Part shown: positions 1-9,815 of the stretch, one piece after another
Numbering within the stretch: the first letter of the stretch is position 1
Layout: each line of letters begins with the position of its first letter
Origin: Candidatus Omnitrophota bacterium
GTDB lineage: Bacteria; Omnitrophota; Gorgyraeia; Gygaellales; Profunditerraquicolaceae
Assembly: GCA_028715415.1 (NCBI GenBank)
Contig: JAQURX010000003.1
Location: 57,903 to 121,902, forward strand
DNA: 64,000 nt
Reading direction: 5' to 3'
Program-made: the position numbers and the translations under genes
The notes under the pieces: generated by a model
Databases searched by the model: none
Seen by the model: only the letters and a program-made list of their open reading frames with translations
Told to the model about the DNA's origin: nothing

Positions 1-2
1 TT

Positions 3-560
3 TTGGAATTTATTAAGGAAGAAGAGAGAATTTTGCGCCCAGCAAATTTTCCAGCTGGAGCTCCTGGCAGAGGATTTAGCATATTTAAAGCAGCCAATGG
101 AATTAAAGTCGGAGTAATTAATGTTAACGGAAGAGTTTTTATGGAGGCATTGGAGTGCCCTTTTCGAACTGCGCTGGCAGCACAAGAAACAATAAGCAAA
201 GAAACAAAAATTATTATTGTAGATATCCACGCGGAAGCAACTTCTGAAAAAGTAGCTTTGGGATGGTTCTTAGATGGAAAGGTTTCCGCTATATTAGGAA
301 CGCACACGCATATACAAACAGCCGATGAAAAAATTCTGCCTCAGGGCAGCGCTTATATTACAGATGCAGGGATGACTGGGCCATATAATTCAGTGATTGG
401 TAGGAAGGTCGAGAATGTTTTGGATAAATTCCTTAGCGCAATCCCTGTTAAGTTTGAAGTTGCCGAGGAGAATGTGCAATTACACGGTGTTGTTTTGGAT
501 ATAGATGAATCAAGCGGCAAGGCAAGGTCGATATTGCGCCTGCAGGAGAAAGTTTCTTAA
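3..560 (+). CDS. ymdB: YmdB-family metallophosphoesterase (2',3'-cyclic-nucleotide phosphodiesterase-like), C-terminal ~185 aa; 5' end lies outside window
   Basis: ORF runs off the window start. From memory it is collinear with the C-terminal half of B. subtilis YmdB: RPANFPxGxPG, IDxHAEATSEKxALGW, GTHTHxQTADxxILPxGxAYITDxGMTGPY. Confidence 0.75.
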   Translation: MEFIKEEERILRPANFPAGAPGRGFSIFKAANGIKVGVINVNGRVFMEALECPFRTALAAQETISKETKIIIVDIHAEATSEKVALGWFLDGKVSAILGTHTHIQTADEKILPQGSAYITDAGMTGPYNSVIGRKVENVLDKFLSAIPVKFEVAEENVQLHGVVLDIDESSGKARSILRLQEKVS

Positions 561-2363
561 ATGGCCGAGAATAGATTTAAATATTTTGTATTAATGCAGA
601 TTTTTGCAGTTTTTCTGTTTGGCTCCGTGTTTGTTTCTTCTGCCCAGCAGGATGATAGTATTGAGGTTGCTTTGGATGTTAATTCAAGCCCCGTAACCTC
701 GCTTCCAAAAATATTTAAACCGGGCATTGATATAAGCGGAAGAGGTTTTCATCGTGAGCCGACATGGCCTCAAGGCTTAGCAGCAAAAGAGGTTTTAGAT
801 AAATGGCAAAAGGAGATTGGTTTTGAAGGGGTTTACCGTTTGCCTTATAGCCTTTGGGAGATAAGCCAGCTTTCTAAAAATGCGGAACTGCAGAATAAAC
901 TTATAGCAACCTATGATGAAGTGATAAAAAGGATATCGGATTCCGGCGGGACCGTGATAGTTAATGTTTTTGGTATGCCAGCCGGCTTAGGTAAAATCTT
1001 AGACAGGAGAAGCCCGCCCCAAGACTTCAGAGAATTCAAAAAATTTGTAAAGAAAACAATCAGTGAATTAAGTTGTAATAAAAAATATAATGTTTGGTAT
1101 GAGGTTTGGAACGCTCCGGATTTGGATGATTTTTTTCTTGGCCGCAAGCAGGATTACCTGTATTTATACCGTTCTATAGCGGAAGCGGTGAAAGAATTAG
1201 AGCGTCAGAATAAAATACATATCCCTGTCGGAGGTCCAAGCATAAGCGGGTGGTTCCAGAATATTAACGGGAATAATGTTTTGACCCCGGAGAAAAGCTT
1301 AGTTTACGAGCTCATTAAATACTGCTATCGTTACCATCTTCCCTTAGATTTCATCAGCTGGCATGTTTATTCAACAGCTACTTCTCCGGAAAAAGACGAA
1401 ACAATTTACAAGAAAACGATTATTAGTTTAACAAGGGATTGGCTGAGCTATTTTAAATTTAAAAAAGAGACACCGTTAATTATAGATGAATGGAATTATG
1501 ATAAAAGCATCAATGTCCTTCCGGAAAGGAAAGAGAAGTCCTTTGTTGCTGCCAGCTATATTCCAAGCCGGATAAAAGGCATGTATGAGTCTGGGATTGA
1601 TTATCAGGCGTATTATTGTTTAGAGGATTTCCAGCATAATAAAGAAGGCATAACCCGGAATGTAGGGGTGTTTTCTTTTGACCCGGAATATGTAGAATAT
1701 AAAGGAACTCCTAAGGCAACCTACAATGTTTTTAGGATGCTTTCAAAACTTGGCAAAGAAATGTTTTTGCTTAAAACTCAGGATGATTTTGCAGGTGTAA
1801 TTGTGACTAAATCTCCGGAAGAAATCGCAATATTAGCCTATAATTATAGCGATCAGGATTTAGTTACGAATTACCTGTCAAAAAATATTGCCTATCTGGC
1901 AGGTTCGGAAAGAAGGTTTTTATTGGATATCATTAAAACTGGTGATGTAGATAAGATTATGTCGGGAGATATCGAAATTTCTAAATTACGTATGACGAAA
2001 AGGGTGAAGAACTTTTTAAGGAAAGCACAGGAATTAAATTCCAGAGAGAAGAAGTTTGAAACTACCCCGCGAAATATTAAATTGCAGATAAAAGGGTTAA
2101 AGGGAAATTATCTCTATGAAAAATACGTGGTAGATTCATCCTGCGCGCAGAATTGTAAGTTTGCTCCGCAGGAAGATAAAGAATTGCCTATGCTGCAGTC
2201 TTTTCAGGAGACATTAGTTTTAAAGCCATATTCGGTCCAGCTAATTTTATTGAAGAATAAGCCGCCAGATCCAGAGCCGGAGGTCAAAGAAGCAGTAAAA
2301 GAACCGGTAAAAGAGAGTATTCCCGAAGCAAAGGAAGTATCTGCGGTTAAGCAGAAACAATAA
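561..2363 (+). CDS. secreted glycoside-hydrolase-like protein (TIM-barrel GH, GH39/GH5-like) with Pro/Glu/Lys-rich C-terminal tail
   Basis: N-terminal signal-like hydrophobic segment (FAVFLFGSVFVSSAQQ). EVWNAPD resembles the catalytic EVWNEP(N/D) motif of clan GH-A hydrolases. Low-complexity tail KPPDPEPEVKEAVKEPVKE. The family assignment is tentative. Confidence 0.4.
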   Translation: MAENRFKYFVLMQIFAVFLFGSVFVSSAQQDDSIEVALDVNSSPVTSLPKIFKPGIDISGRGFHREPTWPQGLAAKEVLDKWQKEIGFEGVYRLPYSLWEISQLSKNAELQNKLIATYDEVIKRISDSGGTVIVNVFGMPAGLGKILDRRSPPQDFREFKKFVKKTISELSCNKKYNVWYEVWNAPDLDDFFLGRKQDYLYLYRSIAEAVKELERQNKIHIPVGGPSISGWFQNINGNNVLTPEKSLVYELIKYCYRYHLPLDFISWHVYSTATSPEKDETIYKKTIISLTRDWLSYFKFKKETPLIIDEWNYDKSINVLPERKEKSFVAASYIPSRIKGMYESGIDYQAYYCLEDFQHNKEGITRNVGVFSFDPEYVEYKGTPKATYNVFRMLSKLGKEMFLLKTQDDFAGVIVTKSPEEIAILAYNYSDQDLVTNYLSKNIAYLAGSERRFLLDIIKTGDVDKIMSGDIEISKLRMTKRVKNFLRKAQELNSREKKFETTPRNIKLQIKGLKGNYLYEKYVVDSSCAQNCKFAPQEDKELPMLQSFQETLVLKPYSVQLILLKNKPPDPEPEVKEAVKEPVKESIPEAKEVSAVKQKQ

Positions 2364-2371
2364 AAATCTTT

Positions 2372-3634
2372 ATGCCGAAAACCACACAAGGCCAATCTTT
2401 AGAAACTGGTATCCGTCTTGAATCCAAGCACGTTTATACCGTTTCTCAAATTACAGAAGATATAAAGGTTATATTAGAAAATACATTTGGTGATGTTTGG
2501 GTAGAGGGGGAAATCTCTAATTTTAAAGCAGCTTCTTCCGGGCACTTTTATTTTTCTTTAAAAGATTCCAAAGCGGTATTGCTGGCCGCGATGTTTTCTC
2601 GTGCAAACCGGGAAATTAAATTTAAGATTGAAGATGGCCTAAAAGTAATTTGTTTTGGAAAAGTAGATGTTTATCCTCCTCGCGGGCAATATCAGCTTAT
2701 TGTAGAAAGAATTGAACCAAAAGGCATAGGCGCTCAGCAGTTAGCCTTTGAACAGCTAAAAGAAAGGCTTTTAAAAGAGGGATTGTTTGCTCCGGAGCAT
2801 AAAAAACCCCTTCCTCTTATGCCATTTCGCGTCGGGATTGTTACATCCGGGGCAGGAGCTGCGGTAAGAGATATCTTACAGATTCTTAAGAAGGGCGCTC
2901 TTTGTGTTGATGTGGTTATTCGTTCCGTCCGCGTACAAGGAGAAGCTGCTGCAGGAGAAATTGCCCGGGCAGTAGAAGATTTTAATAGTTTTGATAAAAT
3001 TGATACTATAATTGTAAGCCGCGGCGGAGGAAGCATTGAAGACCTCTGGGCGTTTAATGAAGAAATAGTGGCAAGGGCGGTTTATAATTCAAAGATTCCT
3101 GTAATTTCAGCGGTAGGCCATCAGATTAATACCACGCTTTGCGATTTGGTCTCTGATATGTTTGTGGAAACCCCATCAGCTGCAGCAAAAATCATCGTTG
3201 ATAAAAAGAATGCACTTTTATCTGATTTAGATGGTATGCGGCATGAGTTGAAGTTCTCTATTTCCGAGGCGATCAATGAATTAAGGCATAATTTGATTGC
3301 TCTTGAGCACATGTTAAAAAGCCCTCAAGACAGGCTTTTAGAAAAACAACAGACAGTAGATGATTTAAACGAAAGATTGAATTTAAGTATCCACCAGTAT
3401 TTAAAAAATATTAATGAAAGAGTGATGGCTCTTGCAGGAAGATTAGATGCGCTTAGCCCTTTGTCGGTATTAGCACGTGGGTATAGCTTAAGTTCACTTT
3501 TAACCGACGGGTCAATTATTAAAGATGCCGGAAATTTAAAACCAGGGGATTTAATAAAAACTTTTTTGGGTAAAGGTGCGTTTGTTAGCAGGGTTCAGGA
3601 GGTAATGAAGGATGAAAGAAAAACAGACATTTGA
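2372..3634 (+). CDS. xseA: exodeoxyribonuclease VII large subunit
   Basis: 420 aa. The N-terminal OB-fold region matches XseA (VSQITEDIKVILENTFGDVWVEGEISNFKAASSGHFYFSLKD). Immediately followed by an overlapping xseB, the conserved gene pair. Confidence 0.85.
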   Translation: MPKTTQGQSLETGIRLESKHVYTVSQITEDIKVILENTFGDVWVEGEISNFKAASSGHFYFSLKDSKAVLLAAMFSRANREIKFKIEDGLKVICFGKVDVYPPRGQYQLIVERIEPKGIGAQQLAFEQLKERLLKEGLFAPEHKKPLPLMPFRVGIVTSGAGAAVRDILQILKKGALCVDVVIRSVRVQGEAAAGEIARAVEDFNSFDKIDTIIVSRGGGSIEDLWAFNEEIVARAVYNSKIPVISAVGHQINTTLCDLVSDMFVETPSAAAKIIVDKKNALLSDLDGMRHELKFSISEAINELRHNLIALEHMLKSPQDRLLEKQQTVDDLNERLNLSIHQYLKNINERVMALAGRLDALSPLSVLARGYSLSSLLTDGSIIKDAGNLKPGDLIKTFLGKGAFVSRVQEVMKDERKTDI

Positions 3635-3851
3635 AGAAGATTTAAAGAAACTGCAAAAAATTGTTGAAGAGTTATCAAGCGGGAAACTGACTTTGGGCGA
3701 GTCTATGAAAAAATATGAAGAAGGGGTCAAGCTTGCGCAAAGTTGCTCTCAGGTGTTAAATGATGCTGAGCGCAAAGTTGATTTATTGATGAAAAAAGAA
3801 GGGAAATTTTCTTTGGAAAAGTTTGAAGAAACAGAGGAAGGGAAAGAGTAG
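3612..3851 (+). CDS. xseB: exodeoxyribonuclease VII small subunit
   Basis: 79 aa coiled-coil protein with the XseB-like motif TFEEDLKKLQKIVEELSSGKLTLGESMKKYEEGVKLAQSC. Overlaps the xseA stop by 23 nt. Confidence 0.8.
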   Translation: MKEKQTFEEDLKKLQKIVEELSSGKLTLGESMKKYEEGVKLAQSCSQVLNDAERKVDLLMKKEGKFSLEKFEETEEGKE

Positions 3852-3853
3852 CA

Positions 3854-5698
3854 ATGTTATTGGAAAATATTAATTCCCCTCAGGACCTTAAGAAATTGAC
3901 GAGTGGGCAGCTTGCTATCTTAGGCAGTGAAATAAGAGATAAGATTGTAAGTACTGTTTCTCAAAATGGCGGGCATCTTGCTTCAAGCCTTGGTGCTGTG
4001 GAGTTAATAATTGCTTTGCATTATTGCTTGGATTGCCCTAAAGATAAAATAGTTTTTGATGTTGGCCATCAAGCATACGCTCATAAGTTGTTGACAGGCA
4101 GGAATGCTCAATTCTCGAGCCTGCGCCAATTTGGCGGAATAAGCGGTTTTCCTTCCAAGGATGAATCTATTTATGATGCTTTCACAGTGGGGCATTCTTC
4201 CAATGCCGTATCTTTAGCCCTTGGGCTTGCCTGTGCAAGAGAAACTTTGCCTAAGGAAGCCTATTTTAAAGTGGCAGCGGTAATCGGAGACGGTTCGTTA
4301 AGCGGAGGGCTTTGTTTTGAAGGTTTGAATAACGCAGGCCACCTTAAGAAAGACCTCCTCGTTGTATTAAATACTAATGAATTAAGTATTGCGCCTAATG
4401 TTGGAGCGCTAAGTACATATTTAAATAAAATTATTTCTTTGCCTATATATAATCGTTTTAAGGCTTCTCTTGAAAAATTCACAACTTCGCGTATTCCCAA
4501 GGGAAGCCGTATTATTAAGCTTGCAAATAAGTTTGAAGAAGGGCTAAAAGGCTTATTCATTCCAGGAATGTTTTTTGAAGAGTTGGGTTTTAAATACTTT
4601 GGCCCGTTTGACGGGCACAATTTAGAGCTTTTAATCCGCAGCCTTAAAAATATTAGCACAATAAAAGGGCCGATTCTATTCCATGTTATTACAAAAAAAG
4701 GTAAAGGTTATCTTCCCGCGGAAAAAGAACCGGTTAGATTCCATGGGACAGGCTCTTTTAATATTAATACCGGAGAATCATCAAAGATAGCATCAACTAG
4801 TTATACAGATATTTTTAGCAAGAAGCTCGTGGAATTAGCGCAAACTGATAAAAAGATTATCGCTATAACTGCGGCAATGCCAGAAGGCACGGGCCTTGAT
4901 AAATTTAGGAATGCATATCCCGATAGATTTTTTGACGTAGGGATTGCTGAATCTCATGCAGTCTGTTTTGCAGCCGGACTTGCAAAAGAAGGGTTTAAGC
5001 CTATTATCGGCGTCTATTCTACTTTTCTACAGAGAGCTTTTGATCAGATTATTGAAGATGTGGCTTTGCAGGAATTACCTGTTGTTTTCGCAATTGACCG
5101 TGCAGGGATCTCTGGAGAAGATGGAGTAACACATCAGGGGATATTTGACATCTCCTTTCTAAATTTAGTTCCGAACATAGTAATAATGGCTCCTAAAGAT
5201 TTCATTGAGCTGGAATACATGCTTGAGTTTGCGTTTAAATTAGGTAAACCTGTAGCAATTAGATATCCGAAAGGAATCGGTGTAACTTTTGCAAATAATA
5301 TGCGGCAGATAGAATTGGGGAAGGCGGAAATTTTAAAGAAGGGCGATGACTTCATGGTTATCGCGTATGGGAGCATGGTTTCTTTAGCGCAGGAAGCCTT
5401 AGAGAATTTATTTAAAGAAGGCAAAGCAGGAACGTTAGTGAATGCCCGTTTTGCCAAGCCGCTGGATAAGGAATTATTTATAACCCTTGCAACAAAGTTT
5501 AAGCATATTTTTACTATTGAAGAAGGCGTTTTAAATGGTGGTTTTGGTTCTTCTGTGGCTGAAGTGATAAATAGGCAGGTAGTTAAAATTGGCTTACCCG
5601 GAGCTTTTATAACTCATGGAAAAAGAGAGTTATTGTTGGATAAATACGGGTTAAGTGTAGAAGCGATAGTTAATAAAATCAGGACGGTTGTAGGATAA
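3854..5698 (+). CDS. dxs: 1-deoxy-D-xylulose-5-phosphate synthase
   Basis: 614 aa. N-terminus LxxIxxPxDLKxL...LAxxIRxxIV...GGHLASSLGAVELxxALHY and GHQAYAHKLLTGR are diagnostic DXS motifs. TPP-binding GDGS present. Confidence 0.9.
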   Translation: MLLENINSPQDLKKLTSGQLAILGSEIRDKIVSTVSQNGGHLASSLGAVELIIALHYCLDCPKDKIVFDVGHQAYAHKLLTGRNAQFSSLRQFGGISGFPSKDESIYDAFTVGHSSNAVSLALGLACARETLPKEAYFKVAAVIGDGSLSGGLCFEGLNNAGHLKKDLLVVLNTNELSIAPNVGALSTYLNKIISLPIYNRFKASLEKFTTSRIPKGSRIIKLANKFEEGLKGLFIPGMFFEELGFKYFGPFDGHNLELLIRSLKNISTIKGPILFHVITKKGKGYLPAEKEPVRFHGTGSFNINTGESSKIASTSYTDIFSKKLVELAQTDKKIIAITAAMPEGTGLDKFRNAYPDRFFDVGIAESHAVCFAAGLAKEGFKPIIGVYSTFLQRAFDQIIEDVALQELPVVFAIDRAGISGEDGVTHQGIFDISFLNLVPNIVIMAPKDFIELEYMLEFAFKLGKPVAIRYPKGIGVTFANNMRQIELGKAEILKKGDDFMVIAYGSMVSLAQEALENLFKEGKAGTLVNARFAKPLDKELFITLATKFKHIFTIEEGVLNGGFGSSVAEVINRQVVKIGLPGAFITHGKRELLLDKYGLSVEAIVNKIRTVVG

Positions 5699-5708
5699 GG
5701 AAAATAAA

Positions 5709-5912
5709 TTGGCAAAGATTATTATAAATAAAAATAAATGCAAGGGTTGCCTTTTGTGCATTAGTGTCTGTCCAAAAGGATTGATTGTCAGGGGGGAGGA
5801 ATTAAACACTTTAGGTGTAAAACCGGCTAAATTTAAAGATGAACAAGTTTGCCTTGGGTGCATGATGTGTGCTGTAATTTGCCCGGAGTGTTGTATAGAG
5901 GTCTATAAATAG
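5709..5912 (+). CDS. korD: 2x[4Fe-4S] ferredoxin, delta subunit of 2-oxoacid:ferredoxin oxidoreductase
   Basis: 67 aa with two CxxCxxCxxxCP motifs (CKGCLLCISVCP; CLGCMMCAVICP). Directly precedes the alpha, beta and gamma subunits. Confidence 0.7.
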   Translation: MAKIIINKNKCKGCLLCISVCPKGLIVRGEELNTLGVKPAKFKDEQVCLGCMMCAVICPECCIEVYK

Positions 5913-5915
5913 AAG

Positions 5916-5990
5916 TTGCAAGTTTCAGGTTGCAAGTTTCAAGTAAAAGATTGCATCTGAAACTTGAATCTTGTAACTTGAAACCAAGAA
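5916..5990. repeat. compound palindromic repeat (tandem 15-mers GTTGCAAGTTTCA(G/A)G followed by their inverted copies) forming a long imperfect hairpin between korD and korA
   Basis: Read directly: AAGTTGCAAGTTTCAGGTTGCAAGTTTCAAGT...TGAAACTTGAATCTTGTAACTTGAAAC. The same motif recurs at 6541-6578 inside korA. Confidence 0.6.
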
Positions 5991-5999
5991 AAATAAATT

Positions 6000-7052
6000 A
6001 TGAAGAATAAGATTTTGATGAGCGGAAATGAAGCAATTGCCGAAGGAGCAATCAAGGCAGGCTGCAGGTTTTATGCCGGATATCCGATTACTCCGCAGAA
6101 TGAATTGATTGCTTACATGTCTTCCAGGATGCCAGAAGTAAAAGGCGTATTTATTCAAGCAGAGTCAGAATTGGCTGCGATAAATATGGTTTATGGCGCT
6201 TCAGCTGCAGGCGTAAGAGCGATGACTTCTTCATCAAGTCCGGGTGTTAGCCTTAAGCAAGAAGGAATTTCCTATATTGCAGGAGCTGAATTGCCGGCAG
6301 TAATTGTAAATGTGATGCGCGGCGGGCCGGGCCTTGGAAATATTGCTCCAGCTCAGTCGGATTATTTTCAGGCAACTAGAGGAGGAGGCCATGGTGATTA
6401 TCGCTCTATTGTAATTGCTCCTTCTGCTGTGCAAGAAGCTTTTGATTTGATGTTCTTGGGATTTGGCCTTGCTGATAAATACCGAAATCCTGTTATTGTT
6501 TTGACAGATGGCATGCTTGGCCAGATGATGGAACCTATAAAAGTTGCAAGTTGCAAGTTTCAAGTTTCAAGTAAAAAGCCTTGGGCGCTTACTGGTTGCG
6601 CAGGTAGAAAACCGAATATTGTGAAATCATTCTTTTTAGCAGAAGGCGCTTTAGAGATTGCTAATTTAAAGCTTCAGGAAAAATATAAAACGATTCAAGA
6701 AAAAGAACAGCGTTTTGAGGGATTATTCCTGGATGATGCAAATATCATTTTGGTTGCATACGGATCAATGGCGCGCGTTGCAAAAGGCGCGGTAGGCGCA
6801 TTGCGTAGGAATGGTAAAAAAGTCGGGCTTATCCGCCCAATTACTTTATGGCCTTTTCCAAGTAAGGTTTTTAAGAGTATCTGCCAAAGAAATAAGAAGT
6901 CAAAAGTTCTAGTTATAGAAATGTCTTATGGCCAGATGATTGAAGATGTTTTGCTGTCAGTTAACGGTAAGCTTCCGGTTGAATTTATTGGTAAATCTGG
7001 AGGAGGAATTCCTTCAGAGGAAGATATAATAAATAAGATAAAATTATTATAA
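6000..7052 (+). CDS. korA: 2-oxoacid:ferredoxin oxidoreductase alpha subunit (KorA/PorA-type)
   Basis: 350 aa. GYPITPQNELxxYMS, VFIQAESELAAINMVYGASAAGVRAMTSSSSPG and RGGPGLGNIAPAQSDY are typical of the OFOR alpha subunit. The operon is delta-alpha-beta-gamma. Confidence 0.75.
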   Translation: MKNKILMSGNEAIAEGAIKAGCRFYAGYPITPQNELIAYMSSRMPEVKGVFIQAESELAAINMVYGASAAGVRAMTSSSSPGVSLKQEGISYIAGAELPAVIVNVMRGGPGLGNIAPAQSDYFQATRGGGHGDYRSIVIAPSAVQEAFDLMFLGFGLADKYRNPVIVLTDGMLGQMMEPIKVASCKFQVSSKKPWALTGCAGRKPNIVKSFFLAEGALEIANLKLQEKYKTIQEKEQRFEGLFLDDANIILVAYGSMARVAKGAVGALRRNGKKVGLIRPITLWPFPSKVFKSICQRNKKSKVLVIEMSYGQMIEDVLLSVNGKLPVEFIGKSGGGIPSEEDIINKIKLL

Positions 7053-7781
7053 ATGGAAAAAATATATAGACGTCCCGAATCACTATACGATACCTCGACT
7101 CATTATTGCCCCGGTTGCGGGCACAGCACTGTGCATAAAATCATCGCTGAAGTCGTTGATGAATTAGGTATACGTAAAAAAGTTATTGGAATTGCTCCGG
7201 TTGGCTGTGCGGTGGTTGCTTATAATTACTGGAATTTTGATTGCTCGGAAGCTGCTCACGGAAGGGCGCTTGCTGTGGCAACAGCAATTAAGAGAGTAAG
7301 GCCAAACAATATAGTTTTTACTTATCAGGGGGATGGAGATTTAGCTGCAATTGGGACAAACGAAACAATACATGCAGCGAACAGAGGAGAAAACCTCACT
7401 GTAATTTTTATTAACAATGCGATTTATGGCATGACCGGAGGCCAGATGGCCCCTACCACGCTTTTAAATCAAAAAACCGCAACTACTCCTCTTGGCAGGG
7501 ATGCTAAGTTTCAAGGTTATCCCTTAAAAATTTCCGAGATGCTGGCAGTTTTGCCGGCGGTAAAATATATTGAAAGAGTGTCTTTGCAATCGGTTCCGGA
7601 AACTATTAAGGCGAAGAAAGCTATAAAACAGGCTTTTATTAATCAGGTTGATGGGGTTGGATTTTCTTTGGTTGAAGTGTTGTCTCCCTGTCCAACATAT
7701 TGGGGGATGAATCCCGTGGATTCGCTAAAATGGATTAAAGATGTGATGGCTAAAGAATTTCCATTAGGGAGAATTAAATAA
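7053..7781 (+). CDS. korB: 2-oxoacid:ferredoxin oxidoreductase beta subunit (TPP-binding)
   Basis: 242 aa. CPGCGH near the N-terminus and the GDGD TPP-binding motif (FTYQGDGDLAAIG). Confidence 0.8.
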   Translation: MEKIYRRPESLYDTSTHYCPGCGHSTVHKIIAEVVDELGIRKKVIGIAPVGCAVVAYNYWNFDCSEAAHGRALAVATAIKRVRPNNIVFTYQGDGDLAAIGTNETIHAANRGENLTVIFINNAIYGMTGGQMAPTTLLNQKTATTPLGRDAKFQGYPLKISEMLAVLPAVKYIERVSLQSVPETIKAKKAIKQAFINQVDGVGFSLVEVLSPCPTYWGMNPVDSLKWIKDVMAKEFPLGRIK

Positions 7782-7784
7782 AAC

Positions 7785-8315
7785 ATGATAGAGCGGATCA
7801 TTATTGCAGGTTCCGGCGGGCAAGGAGTCATGCTTTTGGGTAAAGTCTTAGTTTCATCCGCTATGAAGGAAGGAAAATTTGTTACATGGCTTCCCGCTTA
7901 TGGTCCGGAAGTGCGAGGAGGAGCGGCTCATTGTATGGTAGTAATTTCTGATAGTGAAATCGGCTCGCCTTTTGTGGATAAAGCAGATAGTTTGATTATC
8001 ATGAATAGCCAGTCACTGGATAAATTTAAGAATCGCCTTAAAGAAAACGGCATTATGATTTTGAACAACTCTTTGGCGGATATAAATATTAAGAAAAGCC
8101 TTGTTATAAAATATCCTTTTACTGATATTGCTCAGGATTTGGGAAATATCAAAGTTGCGAATATGGTAGCTTTGGGTTGTTTTCTGGCCCACAAGAAAAT
8201 AGCAGGTTTAAAAAGCGTATTTTCAACAATTGTTGAATTTGCCCCTGCCGGAAAAAAAGAACTCATTGAGGTAAACAAAAAAGCAATACTGAAAGGAATG
8301 GAACTTAAAAAATGA
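7785..8315 (+). CDS. korC: 2-oxoacid:ferredoxin oxidoreductase gamma subunit
   Basis: 176 aa. IAGSGGQGV(M/L)xxG is the characteristic start of the OFOR gamma subunit. Follows korB. Confidence 0.7.
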   Translation: MIERIIIAGSGGQGVMLLGKVLVSSAMKEGKFVTWLPAYGPEVRGGAAHCMVVISDSEIGSPFVDKADSLIIMNSQSLDKFKNRLKENGIMILNNSLADINIKKSLVIKYPFTDIAQDLGNIKVANMVALGCFLAHKKIAGLKSVFSTIVEFAPAGKKELIEVNKKAILKGMELKK

Positions 8316-9604
8316 TAAGAGTACGTTTTGCCCCAAGCCCTACAGGATATTTGCATATCGGCGGCGGCCGCACCGCTTTATTTAATTGGATTTATGCCCA
8401 GGCTCAGGGTGGCAAGTTTGTTTTAAGGATTGAAGATACGGATAAATTACGTTCAAAACAAGAATACGTTGATGAAATTCTCTTTAGCCTAAAATGGCTC
8501 GGCTTCAACTGGGATGAGATTTATTATCAAAGCCAGAGATTTGATCTTTACAGAGAATATGCCCAAAAACTTCTTCAAGAAGGGAAGGCTTATATTGAAA
8601 AATCTCCCGAGGGGAAAGAGGCGATTATCTACAAAGTCAACCCTCAAAAGATTCAGGTAAACGATTTGATCCGCGGCCAGATTGAATTTGATTCGTCAGT
8701 TATTAAAGATCAGGTTTTGATTAAATCAGACGGGACGGCTACTTATAATTTTGCCTGTGTTGTTGATGACGCAACTATGAATATTACTCATATTATAAGA
8801 GGGGATGACCATATCTCAAATACCCCAAAACAGCTGCTTATATACGAGGCCTTAGGTTTTAAAATTCCCGAATTTGCGCATTTACCTCTAATCATGGGCA
8901 TGGAGGGAGGAAGGCTTTCCAAGAGAACCGGGGCAACGGCAATATCCGATTACCGCAAGATGGGGTATTTATCCGAAGCCTTGGTAAACTATCTTTTGCT
9001 TTTAAGCTGGGCGCCGGGAGGAAACAGGGAAGTAATTGATATTAATGAAGCAATTAAGCTGTTTGATATTAAAAATGTAAATAAGACGGCCGCAACATTT
9101 GATTTAAAGAAGCTTGATTGGATGAATAATCAGTATCTTAAGAATAAGGATCCCCTTAAACTTTTTGACGAGATATTCCCTGCGTTGGTTGAGAAAAAAT
9201 ATATTGATAAAGATAATTTTGATAAAGATTACGTTGTTTCTCTGATAAAATTATTTCAAGGCAGGCTTACCACTATAAATGATTTTGTTGATTGGTCGGA
9301 TTTCTTTTTTGTTAAAGATATTGTAATGGATGAGGCAGCGCGGGAAAAGCACTTATCGAAGGACTTATCAAAAGAATTTAAGCTTTTCTCAGACAAGCTG
9401 GATGCTTTAGGAGAATTTAATATAACAAACATAGAAACTGTTTTCCGTGATGTGTTGAAGGATTTAAATTTGGAGTCAAAAGCTTTAATCCATCCGGTCA
9501 GGGTTGCCTTAACCGGAAAAACTATTGGACCTGGCCTTTTTGAAGTGATATATTATCTAGGTAAAGAGCGTACAAAGACAAGGCTTTCACGTTTTATCAA
9601 ATAA
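8312..9604 (+). CDS. gltX: glutamyl-tRNA synthetase
   Basis: 430 aa. RFAPSPTGYLHIGGGRTALFNW carries the class I HIGH motif, RLSKR is the KMSKS-like motif, and the C-terminal anticodon-binding region is present. Confidence 0.85.
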   Translation: MIRVRFAPSPTGYLHIGGGRTALFNWIYAQAQGGKFVLRIEDTDKLRSKQEYVDEILFSLKWLGFNWDEIYYQSQRFDLYREYAQKLLQEGKAYIEKSPEGKEAIIYKVNPQKIQVNDLIRGQIEFDSSVIKDQVLIKSDGTATYNFACVVDDATMNITHIIRGDDHISNTPKQLLIYEALGFKIPEFAHLPLIMGMEGGRLSKRTGATAISDYRKMGYLSEALVNYLLLLSWAPGGNREVIDINEAIKLFDIKNVNKTAATFDLKKLDWMNNQYLKNKDPLKLFDEIFPALVEKKYIDKDNFDKDYVVSLIKLFQGRLTTINDFVDWSDFFFVKDIVMDEAAREKHLSKDLSKEFKLFSDKLDALGEFNITNIETVFRDVLKDLNLESKALIHPVRVALTGKTIGPGLFEVIYYLGKERTKTRLSRFIK

Positions 9605-9617
9605 CGAAGGAGCAGCT

Positions 9618-9803
9618 ATGAATTTTAAAAGGCTTTTGTTTCTTGTTTCTTTTGTTTTTGTTTCTCTTCTTGCCGGATGTGAAACTTCAAAAGGCGTAGC
9701 TGTCGGAGTAGCAGGAACCGCGGTTGGCGCAGTGGAAGACACCAAGAATACGTATAGTTTTCTAGAGCGGGTTGACAACTGGATGAGAAAGAATATGTGG
9801 TAG
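9618..9803 (+). CDS. small lipoprotein (Gly/Ala/Val-rich)
   Basis: 61 aa. Signal peptide with lipobox LLAGC, then a GVAVGVAGTAVGAVEDT glycine-zipper-like segment. RBS-like GAAGGAG lies upstream. Confidence 0.4.
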   Translation: MNFKRLLFLVSFVFVSLLAGCETSKGVAVGVAGTAVGAVEDTKNTYSFLERVDNWMRKNMW

Positions 9804-9815
9804 TTTTGTAATATC

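Noticed and set aside
4004-5457. Antisense ORFs inside dxs (4004-4195, 4261-4659 and 5134-5457, minus strand)
   Set aside because: They are embedded within a strongly supported dxs reading frame on the opposite strand, carry no motifs and have low-complexity composition. They are typical shadow ORFs.
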